DNA from: an uncultured Actinomycetota bacterium
GTDB lineage: Bacteria; Actinomycetota; Actinomycetes; Streptosporangiales; Streptosporangiaceae
Direction of reading: 5' to 3'
Assembly: GCA_963843955.1 (NCBI GenBank)
Contig: CAWJMK010000018.1
Coordinates: forward strand, 648,445-712,444
Length of the DNA stretch: 64,000 nucleotides
The notes beneath the pieces were generated by a model, which saw only the letters and a program-made list of their open reading frames with translations, was not told the origin of the DNA and made no database searches. The position numbers and the translations under genes are program-made. This document shows positions 1 through 7,771 of the stretch, one piece after another. The stretch's first letter is position 1. Each line of letters begins with the position of its first letter.

Positions 1-444
1 GGGACAGTTGCCGGTTATGTGTCGGTAGGCGCCGAGCCCGAGACCCGTGGCCTGCTGTTCGCACTCTGGAAGCGCGGGACATACGTACTACTGCCGGTGC
101 TGCGGGCTGATGGCGACCTGGACTGGGCCTCGTACGAGGGCCCGGATTCGCTCGCGCCCGGCCCGCGAGGCCTGCTGGAGCCGACTGAGCGACGCCGGGG
201 CGTGACCGCCATCACAAGTGCGGACCTGGTCATCGTGCCGGCGCTTGCCATCGACCGCGCCGGCTCGCGGCTGGGTCGCGGTGGCGGCAGCTACGACCGG
301 GCCCTGGCCAGGGTAGGCGCGTCGATCCTGACCGTCGCGCTCCTCCACGAGGGCGAACTGATCGACGAGGTCCCAGCCGGTGAGCACGATCAGCCGGTCC
401 GCGCAGCCGCGCTGCCAGGGGAAGGAATCTCCAGGCTCCGCTAG
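1..444 (+). CDS. 5-formyltetrahydrofolate cyclo-ligase (5' end outside window)
   Basis: Frame open from base 1. The translation has VIVPALAIDRAGSRLGRGGGSYDRAL, the GGG(Y/S)YDR signature region of this family. Confidence 0.8.
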   Translation, partial: GTVAGYVSVGAEPETRGLLFALWKRGTYVLLPVLRADGDLDWASYEGPDSLAPGPRGLLEPTERRRGVTAITSADLVIVPALAIDRAGSRLGRGGGSYDRALARVGASILTVALLHEGELIDEVPAGEHDQPVRAAALPGEGISRLR

Positions 445-504
445 CCGTTGCTACCATTTAGCAGTTGACGGCGGCGAGTGCTAACGCCGCAGAGGGAGGA
501 ATAC

Positions 505-936
505 GTGCCGACGTACCAGTACGCCTGCACCGATTGCGGAGACCGCTCCGAGGTCGTGCAGCGGTTCACCGACGACCCTTTGACCGTCTGCAGCGCCTGT
601 GGCGGCAAGCTACGCAAGGTTTTCTCGCCGGTCGGCATCGTGTTCAAGGGCTCAGGCTTCTACCGCACCGACAGCCGGAACGGGTCGAGCACCGTCGCGG
701 CCGGCAAGGATGGCGCTGCCAACGGATCCTCGTCCGAGAGCTCGTCTGCCAGCTCCGATTCCGGCAAGTCGTCGAGTTCGTCGAGTTCGTCGGGCGAATC
801 GGGGAGCTCGAAGGACTCAGGGAAGTCCGGCGACTCCGGGAAGTCGGGCGACTCCGGGAAGTCGGGCAGCTCGGGGTCGGGCTCCGGGTCCGGGGACAAG
901 AAGCCCTCGTCCGTAGCGGCGTCGACCGCTAACTGA
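505..936 (+). CDS. FmdB-family zinc-ribbon protein with Ser/Gly-rich low-complexity tail
   Basis: VPTYQYACTDCG...CSACGG (CxxC-N-CxxC zinc ribbon), then GFYRTDSR. GTG start at 505 is preceded by GGGAGG. The tail is SSSESSSASSDSGKSS... Confidence 0.8.
   Translation: MPTYQYACTDCGDRSEVVQRFTDDPLTVCSACGGKLRKVFSPVGIVFKGSGFYRTDSRNGSSTVAAGKDGAANGSSSESSSASSDSGKSSSSSSSSGESGSSKDSGKSGDSGKSGDSGKSGSSGSGSGSGDKKPSSVAASTAN
820..873 (+). repeat. 3 x 18-nt in-frame tandem repeat (GKSGDS units) inside the FmdB tail
   Basis: gggaagtccggcgactcc / gggaagtcgggcgactcc / gggaagtcgggcagctcg read directly. Confidence 0.9.
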
Positions 937-961
937 CGCCGCTGGCCGGTACATTTGCCGC

Positions 962-1768
962 GTGAGCGAGCTGGCAGAGATCGGCGTTATCGGCGGATCC
1001 GGGTTCTATGAGTTCCTCGAGGCTGCCGACGAGGTGTCGATTGAGACGCCGTTCGGGTGGCCGAGCGACCCGCTGGTCATTGGCGAGTTCGCGGGCAAGC
1101 GCATCGCGTTCCTGCCGAGGCATGGCCGCGATCACCGGTTCCCGCCGCACCGGATCCCGTACCGGGCCAACCTCTGGGCGCTGCGTTCTATTGGCGTTCG
1201 TCAGATCCTCGCGCCTAGCGCGGTGGGGTCGCTGACGGAGGACTACGGTGCTGGCACGCTGGCCGTGCCTGATCAGCTGGTCGACCGGACGTCCGGGCGG
1301 AGGCAGACGTTCTATGACGAGGGCGGGGCCGTCCACGTGGCGTTCGCGGACCCTTACTGCCCGGTCGGCCGGGCTGTGGCGGTGGCTGCGGCGCGAACGA
1401 CCGGCTGGGAGCCCGTGGAAGCCGGAACGCTGGTCGTGATCGAAGGCCCGCGGTTTTCCACCAGGGCGGAGTCGCGCTGGTACGCGCGGCAGGGCTGGAC
1501 GCTGATCGGCATGACCGGGTATCCCGAGGCAGTCCTGGCCCGCGAACTGGCCCTCTGCTACACCACGATCACGCTGGTCACGGACACCGACGCCGGGGTC
1601 GAGGAGGGCGAGGGCGTTACCCACGAAGAGGTGTTCCGGGTTTTCGCCGCTAACGTGACGCGACTGCGTCAGGTGCTCTTCCAGGCGATCCAGGACCTGC
1701 CGCTCGATCGTGCCTGCCCGTGCTCGCACGCGCTGGAAGGCCTTTCGCTGCCGTTCGCCCTGCCGTAG
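962..1768 (+). CDS. mtnP: S-methyl-5'-thioadenosine phosphorylase
   Basis: IGVIGGSGFYEF...FLPRHGRDHRFPPHRIPYRANLWALRSIGV...GMTGYPEAVLARELALCY, typical of the MTAP/PNP family. Confidence 0.9.
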   Translation: MSELAEIGVIGGSGFYEFLEAADEVSIETPFGWPSDPLVIGEFAGKRIAFLPRHGRDHRFPPHRIPYRANLWALRSIGVRQILAPSAVGSLTEDYGAGTLAVPDQLVDRTSGRRQTFYDEGGAVHVAFADPYCPVGRAVAVAAARTTGWEPVEAGTLVVIEGPRFSTRAESRWYARQGWTLIGMTGYPEAVLARELALCYTTITLVTDTDAGVEEGEGVTHEEVFRVFAANVTRLRQVLFQAIQDLPLDRACPCSHALEGLSLPFALP

Positions 1769-1809
1769 CGCGTTCGCGCTGACGTTAGCGCGTGCTGGCC
1801 GGGCAGGGC

Positions 1810-2268
1810 CTAGTCGAGATCACCGTGCTCGATGCGAGCCAGCCGACGTTCGCGGACCAGCTGGTCAAACTCGTGCTCCACGCGGACATTGCCGGTCGCC
1901 ATGGCGGCGAACACGCCCGTGACGTCCCGCATGCTGACCACGCCGAGGAGCTTGCCTGCCTCGACCACGGGCAGATGCCTGATCCAGCGGGCGGCCATCT
2001 CCCGCGCCGCGTCCTGGAGCGGCATGTCCGGCGTGACCGTGTATACCTCGGCGGTCATCGCGTCGTCGACGGTTGTCTTGTCCGGATCAGCGCCGAGGGC
2101 GACGGCGCGGAGCAGGTCGCGTTCGGTGATGATGCCGATGAGCTGGCCGGCTTCGGCGATGATGAGCGAGCCGGTTTGCTGACGCCACATCCGCTCGGCC
2201 GCCGACCGCAGGCTGTCTTGCGGCGACTCGGTGATCATCGCCTGCGTCATGACGTCTCGTACCTGCAC
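1810..2268 (-). CDS. CBS domain-pair protein
   Basis: VRDVMT...LPVVEAGKLLGVVSMRDV and GIITERDLLRAV, two CBS motifs in 152 aa. Confidence 0.85.
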   Translation of the reverse strand: MQVRDVMTQAMITESPQDSLRSAAERMWRQQTGSLIIAEAGQLIGIITERDLLRAVALGADPDKTTVDDAMTAEVYTVTPDMPLQDAAREMAARWIRHLPVVEAGKLLGVVSMRDVTGVFAAMATGNVRVEHEFDQLVRERRLARIEHGDLD

Positions 2269-2461
2269 CGTGCCCCTCCTGTCCGGGCCGTCGGGGTCTG
2301 GCGTCTAGCCTATGGTCCGCTCCGCGCATGCCGCTGGCCGCGGTCGGGAGGGCCCGGTACCTATGCCGTGTAGGGGCGGGTTACCGGCTAGGCTTAGTGC
2401 GGCTTTCTCGGCTTCGTTCCCCGCTCTTTGCGGCCGGCGGTACGGGCCGGGACAGCCGAAG

Positions 2462-2538
2462 GCCCCGATAGCTCAGGCGGATAGAGCGACTGCCTCCTAA
2501 GCAGTAGGCCGCAGGTTCGAGTCCTGCTCGGGGCGCCA
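2462..2538 (+). tRNA. tRNA-Arg (anticodon CCT), CCA encoded
   Basis: Acceptor gccccga/tcggggc, D arm gctc-aggcggata-gagc, anticodon stem actgc/gcagt with loop ctCCTaa, T arm gcagg-ttcgagt-cctgc, discriminator g plus cca. Confidence 0.95.
2494..2538 (+). repeat. attL core (45 bp, part of the functional tRNA)
   Basis: ctcctaagcagtaggccgcaggttcgagtcctgctcggggcgcca is identical to 10054-10098. Confidence 0.9.
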
Positions 2539-2539
2539 C

Positions 2540-3742
2540 TTAAAATCCCAGTTCAGGTGGATCACGGGAGCTGGTGAGCCGATCTTCGGGCCCATCAGGC
2601 TGTCCGTCTCGTGCCACATACGTGCCACAGGTTTCTCCGGTGAGGTCCCGTCGGGCTCGCTCGGATACTGCCTCGGCCAGGGTTCGCTGACGGTCGTCGC
2701 TCGAGTGCAGATAGATGAGCGCCGCCCGGCTGCTGGCGTGGCCCATACGTTCCATCAGCTCGCGGAGGTTGGCTCCGGCCTCGGCCACTAAGTGGTTGCC
2801 GGCGTGGCGGAGGTCGTGGAAGTGGACGCCGTCCAGCCCGGTGGCAGCGAGCGCCGGTGCCCAGGTAGCGCGGCGGAAGTTGCTGTGCCGGAGCAGCTGG
2901 CCGCGCGGCGAGGTGAAGACGAGCGCGTCGACGCCCGGAGTTGTCTGAGTGTCGAGGTGGTGCTTTATCTCAGCTACGACGGTGCCGGGCAGGATGACGC
3001 GGCGCTTGCCTGCTGCGGTCTTCGGCGGTGCGAAGAACGGGGCCTGGCCGCGAGCCTCAGTGAGCTGACGGCTGATACGGACGGTGGCGGTGGCGGTATC
3101 GATGTCGCGGCGGCGCAGCGCGACGAGCTCGCCCCAGCGCAGGCCGCCGAAGCAAGCGAGCAGGATCATGGCGCGGTAGCGGGGACCGGTGGCGTCGGCG
3201 AGCTTGTAGACCTGGCCTATGGTCAGCAGAGGCCGTTCGGGTGACTGCTCGGTGCCGGCGCCCTTGACCCGGCATGGGTTGCGGCGGATCAGGCTGTCCT
3301 CGATGGCGGTCGCGAGGATGGATTTGAGCAGCCGGTAGGCCTTGGCCGTGGTGACTGGGCTGACGCCCTCATCGAGCAGATCGGCACGCCAGCGGCGCAC
3401 GTCGGCCTCCGTGATGCTGCCGATGGTGGTGAAACCAGGCGCGATGTGACGGCGGAGCAGGTACCGGTAGAGCTGGATCGTCTTGGGCCGGAGGCCAGGC
3501 CGCTCGGCGATCCAGGCGTCGGCGTAATCGGTGAGGGGGACGCGGCCGGCCTCCGGATCGATCCAATCGTCCTTGAGTAGCTCGGCCTCGGTCAGCGCGA
3601 GCCAGCGAGCACCATCGGTCTTGCGAACGAAGGTGCTAGGCGCGCTCACCAGCAGGCCGTCAGGACCGCGGTAGCGAGCTTGCCAGCGACCCGAGGGGAG
3701 ACGGCGGAGGGAGCCGAAGCTGCGTGTCTTCCGGCCGGCCAT
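2540..3742 (-). CDS. int: Tyrosine recombinase / phage-type integrase
   Basis: N-terminal SLRRLPSGRWQARYRGPDG, C-terminal ...FHDLRHAGNHL...HASSRAALIYLH (R..HxxR..Y catalytic pattern). The stop lies 2 nt from the tRNA end. Confidence 0.95.
   Translation of the reverse strand: MAGRKTRSFGSLRRLPSGRWQARYRGPDGLLVSAPSTFVRKTDGARWLALTEAELLKDDWIDPEAGRVPLTDYADAWIAERPGLRPKTIQLYRYLLRRHIAPGFTTIGSITEADVRRWRADLLDEGVSPVTTAKAYRLLKSILATAIEDSLIRRNPCRVKGAGTEQSPERPLLTIGQVYKLADATGPRYRAMILLACFGGLRWGELVALRRRDIDTATATVRISRQLTEARGQAPFFAPPKTAAGKRRVILPGTVVAEIKHHLDTQTTPGVDALVFTSPRGQLLRHSNFRRATWAPALAATGLDGVHFHDLRHAGNHLVAEAGANLRELMERMGHASSRAALIYLHSSDDRQRTLAEAVSERARRDLTGETCGTYVARDGQPDGPEDRLTSSRDPPELGF
2612..2627 (+). repeat. 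16-nt arm repeat tgccacatacgtgcca (left arm, inside the int 3' end)
   Basis: Identical 16-mer at 9942-9957 in the same orientation. Candidate integrase arm-type site. Confidence 0.5.
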
Positions 3743-3743
3743 G

Positions 3744-3965
3744 TCAGCTTGCCCTCCGGCGCCGGTGCGCCCAGGCGGTTACCGGCTGGACGGTGCCGGC
3801 CGCGATGTACTCGGCTAACGCAGACTCGGGGATTCGCACGTGCCGGCCGACGCGGACGAACCGGATCTTGCGCTCGGCGATGAGGCGGCGAGCGAAGCTC
3901 GGAGACGTGCCGAGTAACTCGGCGACCTGGTCGACGGTGAGCAGCGGGTCCGGCTTGGCGGCCAT
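3744..3965 (-). CDS. xis: Excisionase-family helix-turn-helix protein
   Basis: LLTVDQVAELLGTSPSFARRLIAERKIRFVRVGRHVRIPESALAEYI. Sits immediately upstream of int (1-nt gap). Start taken at the internal ATG 3965. Confidence 0.85.
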   Translation of the reverse strand: MAAKPDPLLTVDQVAELLGTSPSFARRLIAERKIRFVRVGRHVRIPESALAEYIAAGTVQPVTAWAHRRRRAS

Positions 3966-3970
3966 GGCAG

Positions 3971-5437
3971 TTACTCCGTTCGGGCAAGTGGTGATGGGAC
4001 GAGCAGCTCGGGCTCGTCTTGAGCCGGGATGAGGATTCGCGGATCGCGCCGGTTGAGAGCGGTCGCGGCGGCGCGTTCGGCCGCCCACTGCTCGGTGATC
4101 TCGGGGACGCGCAGTCGCGTGAATGGGTCGGTGCCGGTGGTCAGGGTGGCGACGGCGGTGCCGATCCCCGCCGGTGTCTCGCGCAGCAGAGTCGGGCTGT
4201 AGCCGGGGTACTCGCGGATGGCATCTCCGAGTGCTGCGACGCTGCTCTCGGTGGTCTTGAGCGCGAACGACACGGCCAGCCCGGAGTTATCGCGCAGGCT
4301 GGTCGGGATCGAGTCGCCGGTGGTCTTCTGCGTGGCCAGGATGGTCAGGCAGAGGACGGATCGGCCTTTGCGGATCAGCTCACCCACTAGTGCGATGCAC
4401 CTGCGGGCGAGGCCTTCGAGCGTGCGGTCGCCTTTGTGCTGGGCGAGGTCGAGGTAGGTCTGGCACTCGTCGATGACTGTCACCAGCAGCGGAAGATCTG
4501 CGGTTGGCCCGTTGGCGTTCCAGGCGTTGCGCTGCCCGCACAGTTCGGTGACCGTGCGGAGGCGGCGGCGCATCTCGGCGTGCGCGTCCTCCAGGACATC
4601 GAGGGCGTCGGCGAGTTGGTCGCCGCAGTGCCGCCAGGCTCGGTCATGCCAGGGTTCCTGGTCGCCGCCGTTCTTCCCGTCGAGCAAGGCGAATTGCGCT
4701 GCCGGTGTCGCGGTCAGCTGGCACAGCCACGATGCGATCAGCGAGGTCTTGCCGTAGCCGGGCAGGCCGGACACGCAGATCCCGGTCAGGCCGCGCAGCG
4801 GCAGGTATCGGTCGGCACCGAAGTCGTCGCGGCCGACGTAGAGCACGTCCGGGTGGTGCGGGGTGTATGTGCCGGGCGGGCACAGCTCCGGGCCGAACGG
4901 CTGGGCGAGCGGATCGGTGCGCAGCGCGCGGACTATCAGGCGGCCCGGCTGCACCTGGGTGACGCCGACGCGGACGGACCGCCAGTAATCCGCGACGTGG
5001 GCGGCTTGCTTCTCTACCTCTTTGCGGCCGGTGCGCGGCGCGGTCTTCACGGTGCACTGCCAGCCGTAGTCGGTGAGCCGCCACCGGCGGGCGCGTGGGT
5101 AATGGATCTTCCCGAGCCGTTCTGCCAGTTCGATGCCGAGCAGCGACGCCAGCAGCCAGCCGGTGATCGAGAGCAGCACCAGCACCAGGACCCGTGACTC
5201 GGCCGCTGCCCTGTTCTTGGCAGCAAGCTCCGGCTGTGCGAGCCCGGTGCAACGGCACAGCCAGTGCCAGCGGTGCCGGGCCCGGATCATGCCGAGGTAG
5301 TGACGGCGGGCCGCGGGCGGCGCGGCTGCGAACCGGATCAGGTCAGCGGTCGGCCGGTACAGCAGGACAGCCGCGACGAGCGCCGGGATGTCATGCCACG
5401 GATCGGTGAGCCATAAGACAGCGGGAAGGATGAGCAC
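3971..5437 (-). CDS. FtsK/SpoIIIE-family DNA translocase (TraSA/TraB-like conjugal transfer protein)
   Basis: Walker A GLPGYGKTS, Walker B LLVTVIDECQ, N-terminal TM segments. GTG at 5437 is preceded by GGAGG with a 6-nt spacer. The 650-aa track ORF is over-extended. Confidence 0.85.
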   Translation of the reverse strand: MLILPAVLWLTDPWHDIPALVAAVLLYRPTADLIRFAAAPPAARRHYLGMIRARHRWHWLCRCTGLAQPELAAKNRAAAESRVLVLVLLSITGWLLASLLGIELAERLGKIHYPRARRWRLTDYGWQCTVKTAPRTGRKEVEKQAAHVADYWRSVRVGVTQVQPGRLIVRALRTDPLAQPFGPELCPPGTYTPHHPDVLYVGRDDFGADRYLPLRGLTGICVSGLPGYGKTSLIASWLCQLTATPAAQFALLDGKNGGDQEPWHDRAWRHCGDQLADALDVLEDAHAEMRRRLRTVTELCGQRNAWNANGPTADLPLLVTVIDECQTYLDLAQHKGDRTLEGLARRCIALVGELIRKGRSVLCLTILATQKTTGDSIPTSLRDNSGLAVSFALKTTESSVAALGDAIREYPGYSPTLLRETPAGIGTAVATLTTGTDPFTRLRVPEITEQWAAERAAATALNRRDPRILIPAQDEPELLVPSPLARTE

Positions 5438-5508
5438 GGCTGGCCTCCACGGGTGGAGAGCCCGGCCAGGCCAGGATGCCGCGACCTGGCCGGGCGGCTG
5501 AACAAGAT

Positions 5509-5907
5509 CTAGGAGGCCTGGTCGGCCTTGGCCTGGCGGGGCTGGTGGGCCTGGTGCACGTTGGCGGCCTGGTACCAGGGGCGGCCGCCGCGTATCCCGC
5601 GGCCGTTCTCGCGAGCTTCGGGCACAGAGAAGCCGACGCGCATCTTGTCGAACACGATCGGGGAGCCCGGCGTGATCGACGTGCACGGATCGGTGGCGGG
5701 CCCGGTGACGGTGACGGCGATGACGTCGCTGACCGGCTTCATGCCGGGCTCGGCGTGGTAGGTGACGGCGGCCTGGACGTCCCACTTGCGTTCGCCGCGC
5801 GCGCTGATGTCCTGCTCGGTGCTGCCGAACTTGAGCTTCGGGCCGCTGGCCATGAGTAAGACGGCTTGAAAGGTCGCGGTCGTGTCGACGGTGAGTGTGC
5901 CTGGCAT
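5509..5907 (-). CDS. Hypothetical protein, first gene of the orf-tra-xis-int string
   Basis: 132-aa ORF co-oriented with and just upstream of tra, with sensible codon usage. No motif recognised. Confidence 0.55.
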   Translation of the reverse strand: MPGTLTVDTTATFQAVLLMASGPKLKFGSTEQDISARGERKWDVQAAVTYHAEPGMKPVSDVIAVTVTGPATDPCTSITPGSPIVFDKMRVGFSVPEARENGRGIRGGRPWYQAANVHQAHQPRQAKADQAS

Positions 5908-5980
5908 GGAAGCCGCCCTTCATCGGATTGGATCGACCTGAGTACTCAGCTCAATCACTGATATAGGCAGATCGTAAATC

Positions 5981-6016
5981 TGACTATCTATGGAGTCAAC
6001 AGCTTCGGCAAGCTGT
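5981..6016. promoter_or_regulatory. Two adjacent palindromes in the divergent promoter region between orf132 and the GntR-HD gene
   Basis: TGACT-N8-AGTCA (5981-5998) and ACAGCTT-cggc-AAGCTGT (5999-6016), in an AT-richer intergenic stretch. Confidence 0.4.
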
Positions 6017-6039
6017 CTAGGCAAGTAGCATCAGCAGGT

Positions 6040-6915
6040 ATGCAGGCCATCGACCCGCAAGATCCCCGCCGGCCGAACGTGCAGATCGCCGCGTCAATCC
6101 GTGCCGCGATCCTGAGCGGGGAGCTCGAGCCCGGAGCCCAACTCCCCTCGGGCGAGGAGCTGGCGAAGTTCTTCGGCGTCACCCGGGTCACGGTCGGGAA
6201 CGCGATCCGCACCCTGCGGGAAGAGGGCTTCGTCCGCAGTAAAACCGGCAGCGGCGTGTACGTCCGCGATCAGGCCAGCCTCCCGGTGCCGGGCGGGTCC
6301 GATCACCCGCTGGCCGGAGTCGCGTCGTTCCTGTTCGAGATGGGCCACCTCAAGCGCGTCCCGCGGTCCGGCTGGCTGCTACTCGGCGTGCCGCAGCCGG
6401 AGACCATCGCCGAGCACAGCTTCCGCGTCGGCATGGTTGGCATGGCGCTGGCAGCGATCGAAAGTGCGGACGTTGGACGCACCGCTGCGCTGTGTTTGCT
6501 TCATGACGCACACGAGACCCGGATCGGCGACGTTCCCTCCGTCGGCCGCGCCTATGTCACCACCGCGGCGCCGGAAGCAGTCTCAAGCCATCAGACGGCG
6601 GGCATGCCAGACGCCGCCGCCAAAGCCTTCCAGGAACTGACCGCGGAGTTCGAGGCCGGCCAGACGATCGAGGCCCAGGTTGCTCGAGATGCCGACAAGC
6701 TCGAGACCTTGCTCCAGGCCGTCGAGTACCAGGCGCAAGGCCATGACACCAGCGCATGGCAGGAAACCTCGATCGCCGCACTGCGCACGGATGCGGCGAA
6801 GCAGCTCGCCCAGGCCATCACCGCCACCGACCCACAATGGTGGTCGGCCTTCGCCGCCTCCTACCGCGAACTGCGCGCCAGCGCCCAGGGGCGTGCCCGC
6901 AACCTTCACAGCTGA
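6040..6915 (+). CDS. GntR-family wHTH fused to a YfbR/HDDC2-type HD-domain phosphohydrolase
   Basis: N-terminus: IRAAILSGELEPGAQLPSGEELAKFFGVTRVTVGNAIRTLREEGFV (GntR HTH). C-terminus: LKRVPRSGW...ETIAEHSFRVGMV...LLHDAHETRIGDVP...DADKLE (HD 5'-nucleotidase-like). Confidence 0.85.
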   Translation: MQAIDPQDPRRPNVQIAASIRAAILSGELEPGAQLPSGEELAKFFGVTRVTVGNAIRTLREEGFVRSKTGSGVYVRDQASLPVPGGSDHPLAGVASFLFEMGHLKRVPRSGWLLLGVPQPETIAEHSFRVGMVGMALAAIESADVGRTAALCLLHDAHETRIGDVPSVGRAYVTTAAPEAVSSHQTAGMPDAAAKAFQELTAEFEAGQTIEAQVARDADKLETLLQAVEYQAQGHDTSAWQETSIAALRTDAAKQLAQAITATDPQWWSAFAASYRELRASAQGRARNLHS

Positions 6916-7397
6916 GGGGTGACTCGAAGCCTCCGCCGCCGTACCAAGATCCATATCAACAGCGTGAGTACTGCCTCGGCGGACAGGGCAATCATGTTGC
7001 AGGTGAAGAAGAATTTGGCTTGCTCTGGCGTCTGTAGTGCGCCCGGATAGTCTGCTGAGGCGTTGTGGTCCACGATCAGGCTCTGAATTGCGACGACCAT
7101 CGACGCGATACATCCGGCGACAATCGCTATGGCGAGCCATTTAGCGGACTGCCGGACGAGACCGACGGCTGCCTCGATGAATACGAGTGCTAGCAAGCAC
7201 CAGAGGCTGAGAGGGATGCTGCCGGCCTGGGAGCACGTGCCGTCCCATCCGCATCCGCCGTCCCGCACGTCGTAGTACCCTGCCCACTCCATGCCAATTT
7301 CGAGCACCGCAAATAGCTGTAGGACCAGCGCGACTCCGGCCGCGCACGTTATGCCTGCGACAGCCACCCACGGTTTGCGTTGCCCCTGTTCGCCCAC
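6906..7397 (-). CDS. Small integral membrane protein (about 4 TM) with a Cys-containing loop
   Basis: Hydrophobic segments VAVAGITCAAGVALVLQLFAV, LSLWCLLALVFIEAAVGLV, LAIAIVAGCIASMVVAI and IALSAEAVLTLLIWILV. GC is lower than in neighbours. Confidence 0.55.
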   Translation of the reverse strand: MGEQGQRKPWVAVAGITCAAGVALVLQLFAVLEIGMEWAGYYDVRDGGCGWDGTCSQAGSIPLSLWCLLALVFIEAAVGLVRQSAKWLAIAIVAGCIASMVVAIQSLIVDHNASADYPGALQTPEQAKFFFTCNMIALSAEAVLTLLIWILVRRRRLRVTPQL

Positions 7398-7706
7398 CTT
7401 GTCATGTTACGTCGGCAGGGAGGAAGGTCCAGGAGATTTGCGCGGCTTTACGGTCGTCCCATCGCAAGAACTGTCGGACTTTTATTCACTACGGTCGATT
7501 CCGAGGCCTTTTGATTTCGACGGTCTAGCAACTGTCGCGGGGCAACCCGAGGTCGCCGCGCTCCCCGACGAAGAGCGTGCCGAGACTCTAGAGGTGGCAG
7601 GCCGCAACGACGACGAGGATCGAGGGGTCTAGTCGGCAGCTTCGCGGCCTGATTTGCGTCTGGCGTTTGCTTGGGCCGGACGATTTCTTTGATCTGGCCC
7701 GTTGAT

Positions 7707-7724
7707 GCGGGTCCCTCCGGGTCC
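7707..7724. repeat. Two direct sCGGGTCC repeats, the second containing TCCGGGTC (complement of GACCCGGA)
   Basis: gcgggtccctccgggtcc read in the intergenic region downstream of rep. Resembles the 8-bp TraB recognition repeats of Streptomyces plasmids. Confidence 0.3.
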
Positions 7725-7771
7725 GGTATAGCGATCAGGCGGCGAATTTATTGTTGCCGTAGCATCTGGCG

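Noticed and set aside
3971-5923. The 650-aa version of the FtsK-like ORF, overlapping orf132.
   Set aside because: The N-terminal 160 residues are Arg/His/Pro-rich nonsense overlapping a better ORF in another frame. A GTG with a GGAGG SD at 5437 gives a normal TM-containing N-terminus.
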